NCBI GenBank assembly: GCA_030018435.1
Contig: JASEEY010000004.1
Coordinates: 21,586-85,585 of the forward strand
From: Methanocellales archaeon
GTDB taxonomy: Archaea; Halobacteriota; UBA148; JAUWXC01
DNA: 64,000 nt
Reading direction: 5' to 3'
The notes under the pieces are model-generated. The model ran no database searches and had not been told where the DNA came from. It saw only the letters and a program-made list of their open reading frames with translations. The position numbers and the translations under genes are program-made. Below, in pieces: positions 59,606-64,000 of the stretch (positions within the stretch are counted from its first letter, which is position 1; the number at the start of each line of letters is the position of its first letter).

Positions 59606-60366
59606 TTAGCCCCTCACCGTTAGGTCTGCGATCAACTGCTGGCTTGCGACATCTATGATTTTAATATTGACTGAGCTACCTGCAGCAGGCAGATCCGCTC
59701 CAGGGGTTCCCATCGTTATGTCAAAGTGGTTGGTAGTACCATCATTCCATATGTACAAGCATTGACCGATTGAGAGTTGTTGAGTAGTTGTCTCATCATA
59801 CGTGGCTAACTCGCCTACTACCTCACCGGTAATCCTACTGGTAAAGTCACTTTCTGTTGTCGTATATCCGCCTACCCTAATGGTAAGAGTTGAGGCACTT
59901 ACCGTTATCGTATCTCCGCCTTGGTGTTCAAGTTTTACTAGGTTGTACCCACCGCTTTGCACCACCGTTCCCCTTATGCTTGCTTGTGGTGCGGTGGGGC
60001 TTACGGTTGGCGTGGGCGTAGGTGTTGATTCTGCGCCTTTTATGCATGCGCCTTCAAGTTACTCGGTTTTGGCATCGATATACGCGATTAACATTAAGCC
60101 AGATTCTTCGTCATCGATCGTTACCTTGTAATATTCCTTGGCAACCATTTGCTCGCCGCACTGCTCCCTTATTTCGTCTATCATTGCGGCGGATTGCTCT
60201 TCGGTTAAATGGATAATTTAATTTCGGCATTCGAGTGCTCTGCCATAAAACTTTGAATCTGCGGCGATGTTTCTGCTACCCTCTCAAAGTCAAACCCGCC
60301 AATGCATCCAGAACTCCCAACCAACAACACGGCAAAAAACACACTCACCGCAATTTTCAATTTCAT
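59606..60366 (-). pseudogene. Lipoprotein fused to archaeal pilin-like domain, disrupted
   Basis: MKLKIAVSVFFAVLLVGSSGC lipobox; 1-nt frameshift at about 60218; in-frame TAA at 60059-60061; TPTPT linker; APQAS...LEHQGGD pilin-type domain. Confidence 0.75.
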
Positions 60367-60375
60367 GACAAATTG

Positions 60376-61389
60376 TTATGGCGTAGTTGCGTATTTATTG
60401 CTTTCGTATCGAGCCCTTTGAGAAGATACTATTTTCACCTCACTTCCAACTCCGGCAGAAATCGTCTTCAACCCAAGCGCTTCTATGCGCTCTCGCACAT
60501 CAGAAATCCGTTCTGGATATGTATTGATGAACACGCTGGGGCCGGTCTGCATGGAAAAGTAGGCGGGGATGCCTTCCTGGCGCATCTTTCTGATTTCACC
60601 CATCACCTGAATGCTCTCCGGTTTGTATGCAACCAGTCCGCGCTTTCCGGTCATCGTCAGACCGTGCAGCTCGAGCGAGTCGACCTCTGCCAGGGCTGCA
60701 ACTTTCTCCAGATCACCGCTCTTGATCGCGCCCTCCATCTCCTCGACTCTCCCGCTCGCGCTCTTGATCCTTGCTCTTAGGAAAGGTGAGCTCATCACCT
60801 CTGAGTGCGCCTCCTCTGTCCTGACGTCTGAGGGGAGTGGGACGACCACCATGCCAAGGTCCAAATCCGATTTGGTGGCAATCTTTTCTGCGTAAGAACT
60901 TTCGTCATCCTTTCCGGCATACCAGCGTGCATACTCTCCTGCAACACTTCTGGAAGCAGAGCCTGCAAGTCTCCTTGCAATTCTGGATATCAGTCTTAGA
61001 TCCCATCCGTACTCTTCGTCGAGACGTGCGGCCTTAAATGCAGCAGCTGCCAGTGCAGCTCCTCCTGAGGATGAAAAACCCAGCCCTTTTGCCTCCGTAT
61101 AGTTGAGGCTGTTCGCAGACATCACTTTGATCCTATTATCGGTGCCAGCCAGTTCCCTTACTCTATTCACCACGGCCAGACATCGTTGAAAAGCATCTCC
61201 TTGAACGGGCCGGCCATTTATCTCAATGACATCCTGCTCGAAATCGCCAAATTGAACGCTCGTTTTCGTCCAGAGTGTGTCAACGTTAACGGAAATGCTG
61301 TCATGAAACGGTATTCTCAGTTCCCAGTCTTTAAGACCATGGTACTTGACGAGCGCCTGCATGGGATGCGCTATTGATGTAGCCATCAT
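60376..61389 (-). CDS. mvaD: Phosphomevalonate decarboxylase, haloarchaeal type (GHMP family)
   Basis: AHPMQALVKYHG..IPFHDSISV, GLGFSSSGGAA, GSASRSV, YFSMQTGPSVFINT. Confidence 0.85.
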   Translation of the reverse strand: MMATSIAHPMQALVKYHGLKDWELRIPFHDSISVNVDTLWTKTSVQFGDFEQDVIEINGRPVQGDAFQRCLAVVNRVRELAGTDNRIKVMSANSLNYTEAKGLGFSSSGGAALAAAAFKAARLDEEYGWDLRLISRIARRLAGSASRSVAGEYARWYAGKDDESSYAEKIATKSDLDLGMVVVPLPSDVRTEEAHSEVMSSPFLRARIKSASGRVEEMEGAIKSGDLEKVAALAEVDSLELHGLTMTGKRGLVAYKPESIQVMGEIRKMRQEGIPAYFSMQTGPSVFINTYPERISDVRERIEALGLKTISAGVGSEVKIVSSQRARYESNKYATTP

Positions 61390-62039
61390 TTTCGATCAGC
61401 CAGCAATCCTACAAACTCGCTGACGCCAACCCCTCTCTTGAGATCGCTTTTAATCATGTGGATAGACGGAGCAACTCGTTTCATGTCCGCTTCCATCCGT
61501 TTTACGTCTGCGCCTATGGCATCTGCGAGGTCGATCTTGTTGATGATGCCGGTGGTGCACTGCTGAAAGATCATTGGATGCTTGCGCACGACATCATCGC
61601 CCTCGGTAACGCTCACGATGATTATGCGTTCATGCGCTCCAAGGGGGAAATCGGCTGGACAGACCATGTTTCCGACGTTTTCTATGAATAAGAAATCCAA
61701 ATTATTTAAGGGCAACTGCTCCAGAGCGTGATGGATCAGGTGCGCATCTAAATGACATTCCTTGCCGGTGTTTATGTTCACCACAGGTATGCCGAGCCTC
61801 TTCATACGCAGATAGTCATCCTCTCCAGCGACATCTCCTGCGACTGCGCCCACCCTATACCCCCGCTCTTGCAATAGCGGGGTGGCCTTTTCGATCAAGG
61901 CGGTCTTACCAGAGCCTATCGCACCAAGAATATCATATACCCTGATGTCATGCTGATTCAATACCGCGAGATTCCTCTCTGCCTCCTTTCTATTGGCGGC
62001 AAGTATGTCCTTCCCCACGTCCACGGTTACCTCGTGCAA
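61386..62039 (-). CDS. hypB: Hydrogenase nickel-incorporation GTPase
   Basis: GAIGSGKT, ECHLDAH, ENVGNMVCP, INKID; likely TTG start at 62039. Confidence 0.96.
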   Translation of the reverse strand: MHEVTVDVGKDILAANRKEAERNLAVLNQHDIRVYDILGAIGSGKTALIEKATPLLQERGYRVGAVAGDVAGEDDYLRMKRLGIPVVNINTGKECHLDAHLIHHALEQLPLNNLDFLFIENVGNMVCPADFPLGAHERIIIVSVTEGDDVVRKHPMIFQQCTTGIINKIDLADAIGADVKRMEADMKRVAPSIHMIKSDLKRGVGVSEFVGLLADRK

Positions 62040-62115
62040 GTGATCACGTCCTTTGATAACAATGTTGACCACATACTATTTAAGTCTAATAACGCCTATG
62101 TATGGATGATACACG

Positions 62116-62406
62116 ATGAAGAAAAAGGGCAGGATGATCATCTGGCCCGTATACATCGATGGTAGCAAGCCCAGAAGCGGGGGTAGAATCATCTCAAGTG
62201 AGGATGCTGTTCACGAGCCACGGTTAAATGAGCTCGAAGCTGCAGCCAAAAAGTTAGGCCTGCATCCAGAGGTGGAGCCCGATAAGGCGTATCCTGGCTC
62301 ATGGTGGGAAATCAGCGGGCGAATATGGGTGGATGATGCTGGCCTTAAGTCCGAGATCGCAAGAGACCTAGCGAGAGAGATTCAAAAGTTGCGCAAAAAG
62401 AAATGA
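62116..62406 (+). CDS. srp19: Signal recognition particle protein SRP19
   Basis: IIWPVYID..RSGGR, KAYPGSWWE.SGR. Confidence 0.95.
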   Translation: MKKKGRMIIWPVYIDGSKPRSGGRIISSEDAVHEPRLNELEAAAKKLGLHPEVEPDKAYPGSWWEISGRIWVDDAGLKSEIARDLAREIQKLRKKK

Positions 62407-62407
62407 C

Positions 62408-62698
62408 CTACTTGTCTTGTGGCGTTTCGACTTCTTCAACCAATTTGGACCCAGCTGCGACTCCATCAACGCTATGAATTACTGCCCCCAGCTCCTCGAT
62501 GATAACCTCTACCTTCTTGTAATCGAGGTCATTACCCTCGATAGTGATCTTAATGTTCTCTGTCTCTTGGTCCACCTCGTATAGGGAAAGGTTAACGCCA
62601 GTCACACCCTTCAATTCGCTCAATTGTTTGGCTAGGTCCATCATTGACGGTCGATGAGGTTTTAAGACATCGAGCACGAGTCGCTGTATTCCTACCAC
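62408..62698 (-). CDS. DUF211-family protein
   Basis: [21 protein letters not shown]. Confidence 0.9.
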   Translation of the reverse strand: MVGIQRLVLDVLKPHRPSMMDLAKQLSELKGVTGVNLSLYEVDQETENIKITIEGNDLDYKKVEVIIEELGAVIHSVDGVAAGSKLVEEVETPQDK

Positions 62699-62763
62699 TT
62701 TTTCACCTTTGCATAACAAATATAAGAGGAATGCTTATAACCTTTGTGCCGGATGTGGGTACC

Positions 62764-63405
62764 ATGATCGACCTACATACTCATACGATTTTGAGCGATG
62801 GCGAATTGCTACCCGCGGAACTGGTACGTCGCGCAGCAGTTCATGGGTATACGGCGATTGGAATAACCGACCATGTAGATTTTTCAAATCTCGAATCCGT
62901 GCTGAGAAGCTTGAAGCGGACGAAAGACATCGGAAAGGAATGGGATATAGAAGTCCTCATTGGCGTAGAACCAACTCATATGCCACCTAGCAAGATCGAG
63001 AAAATAGTCACCCAGGCAAAAAAATTGGGTGCAGAATTGATCGTCGTGCACGGGGAGACGCTGATAGAACCCGTCGCCCCAGGAACCAATAGCGCAGCTA
63101 CGCATCTAGAAGATGTCGATATTCTAGCGCATCCCGGGCTCATCTCAATTGAGGATGTCGAGGCTGCGCGGGATAATGACGTTTGCCTAGAAATCACATC
63201 CCGAAGGGGGCACTGTCTGACCAATGGTCATATCGCAAGAATGGCTACCAAGATCGGTGCCACATTGGTCGTCAATACGGATGCGCATAGCCCAGCTGAC
63301 CTTATCCCTAAGCAAAGAGCACTTGAAATCGCAAGAGGTGCGGGATTGGATGAAAAAGAGGCAGATCAGGTGATTAATGTCAACCCCCAAAAATTCCTAA
63401 AGTAA
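62764..63405 (+). CDS. PHP-domain phosphoesterase
   Basis: DLHTHT..SDG, ITDH, VHGET, LAHPG, NTDAH. Confidence 0.9.
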   Translation: MIDLHTHTILSDGELLPAELVRRAAVHGYTAIGITDHVDFSNLESVLRSLKRTKDIGKEWDIEVLIGVEPTHMPPSKIEKIVTQAKKLGAELIVVHGETLIEPVAPGTNSAATHLEDVDILAHPGLISIEDVEAARDNDVCLEITSRRGHCLTNGHIARMATKIGATLVVNTDAHSPADLIPKQRALEIARGAGLDEKEADQVINVNPQKFLK

Positions 63406-63471
63406 ATTTAAAGCTTGCGAAATCTTTATATAAGAATAATTCCTCTTTATATATTCCTCTGAGGTAGGCGT

Positions 63472-63705
63472 GTGAAAAGACTGGGCGTTGTTCTTCATCC
63501 TTCAAGCCATAAAGGCTTGATTGTGCGAAGTCAGTTCGAAAAGGGATTGCCTAAAATCAATTCTGTGGTTGTTACCGAACGCATGGAGAAGATAGGGGAA
63601 GTGTACGACGTTTTCGGTCCTGTTAAACGTCCTTATATTTCCGTCAGACTTTATGGTGCATCGCGTGCACATGCCCTGAAAAATCAGCGAGTCTACGTTC
63701 TGTAA
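63472..63705 (+). CDS. gar1: H/ACA RNP component Gar1
   Basis: [18 protein letters not shown]; upstream of tfb. Confidence 0.9.
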   Translation: MKRLGVVLHPSSHKGLIVRSQFEKGLPKINSVVVTERMEKIGEVYDVFGPVKRPYISVRLYGASRAHALKNQRVYVL

Positions 63706-63713
63706 TCGTGGTG

Positions 63714-64000
63714 ATGGTTATGGAAGAAATTGAAAAGGTAAAAGAAGTGGAGAAGGCTGAGAAGGTTAAAGAGAGCGAAAAAGAGGAGGCTTTAGAGGAG
63801 GGTGTAAGAGCCAAGTGCCCAGAATGCGGAAGCACCCAACTCGTGCATGATTACGAGAGGGCAGAACTCGTGTGCAACGAGTGCGGATTGGTTGTCGAGG
63901 AAGACTTTATGGACATGGGGCCGGAGTGGAGGGCCTTTGATCATGACCAGCGAATGAAACGCTCCAGGGTGGGGGCGCCGATGACCTATACCATTCATGA
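63714..64000 (+). CDS. tfb: Transcription initiation factor IIB (5' part)
   Basis: Manual translation: [24 protein letters not shown]...GPEWRAFD...RVGAP; runs off the window. Confidence 0.96.
   Translation, partial: MVMEEIEKVKEVEKAEKVKESEKEEALEEGVRAKCPECGSTQLVHDYERAELVCNECGLVVEEDFMDMGPEWRAFDHDQRMKRSRVGAPMTYTIH

Noticed and set aside
60059-60061. Sec/Pyl recoding at the in-frame stop
   Set aside because: The stop is TAA, not TGA or TAG, and a second lesion exists in the same gene.
1-64000. tRNA, rRNA or SRP RNA genes and transposase/integrase genes
   Set aside because: No T-loop or anticodon-arm signatures or recombinase motifs noticed by eye; a tRNAscan/Infernal run would be needed to exclude small RNAs.

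Overview
Archaeal chromosomal segment (TFB, thermosome, S8e/S17e, TiaS, SRP19, Gar1, RPA, RFC), most consistent with a Halobacteriota (Methanosarcinia/Methanocellia-like) anaerobe. Evidence for that placement: F420 biosynthesis (cofC/G/H), a near-complete hem/ahb heme cluster and System-I cytochrome c maturation genes. Most of the window is housekeeping. Two unusual structures stand out. (1) A defence island at ~2.85-7.75 kb: four toxin-antitoxin modules and a DpnI-like nuclease, with each TA module bracketed by repeated copies of the 3' end of a convergent gene (four fragments of a probable DNA methyltransferase 3' end; a 20-bp duplicate of the dapB 3' end) and all four modules ending in TAATC. 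(2) A dispersed family of 22-23-bp tandem repeats built from GAA-loop DNA mini-hairpins (GCGAAGC / ACGAAGT / GCCCGAAGGGC) at three loci, one of which is a clean 45-bp TA-flanked insertion that knocks out a nitroreductase. Also notable: a GGR-UbiA-nitroreductase/UbiC-like cluster beside ccm genes, a haloarchaeal-type phosphomevalonate decarboxylase, an rfcS with no canonical start codon before its first conserved motif, and several pseudogenes. Family assignments are from motif recognition only; no database searches were run.
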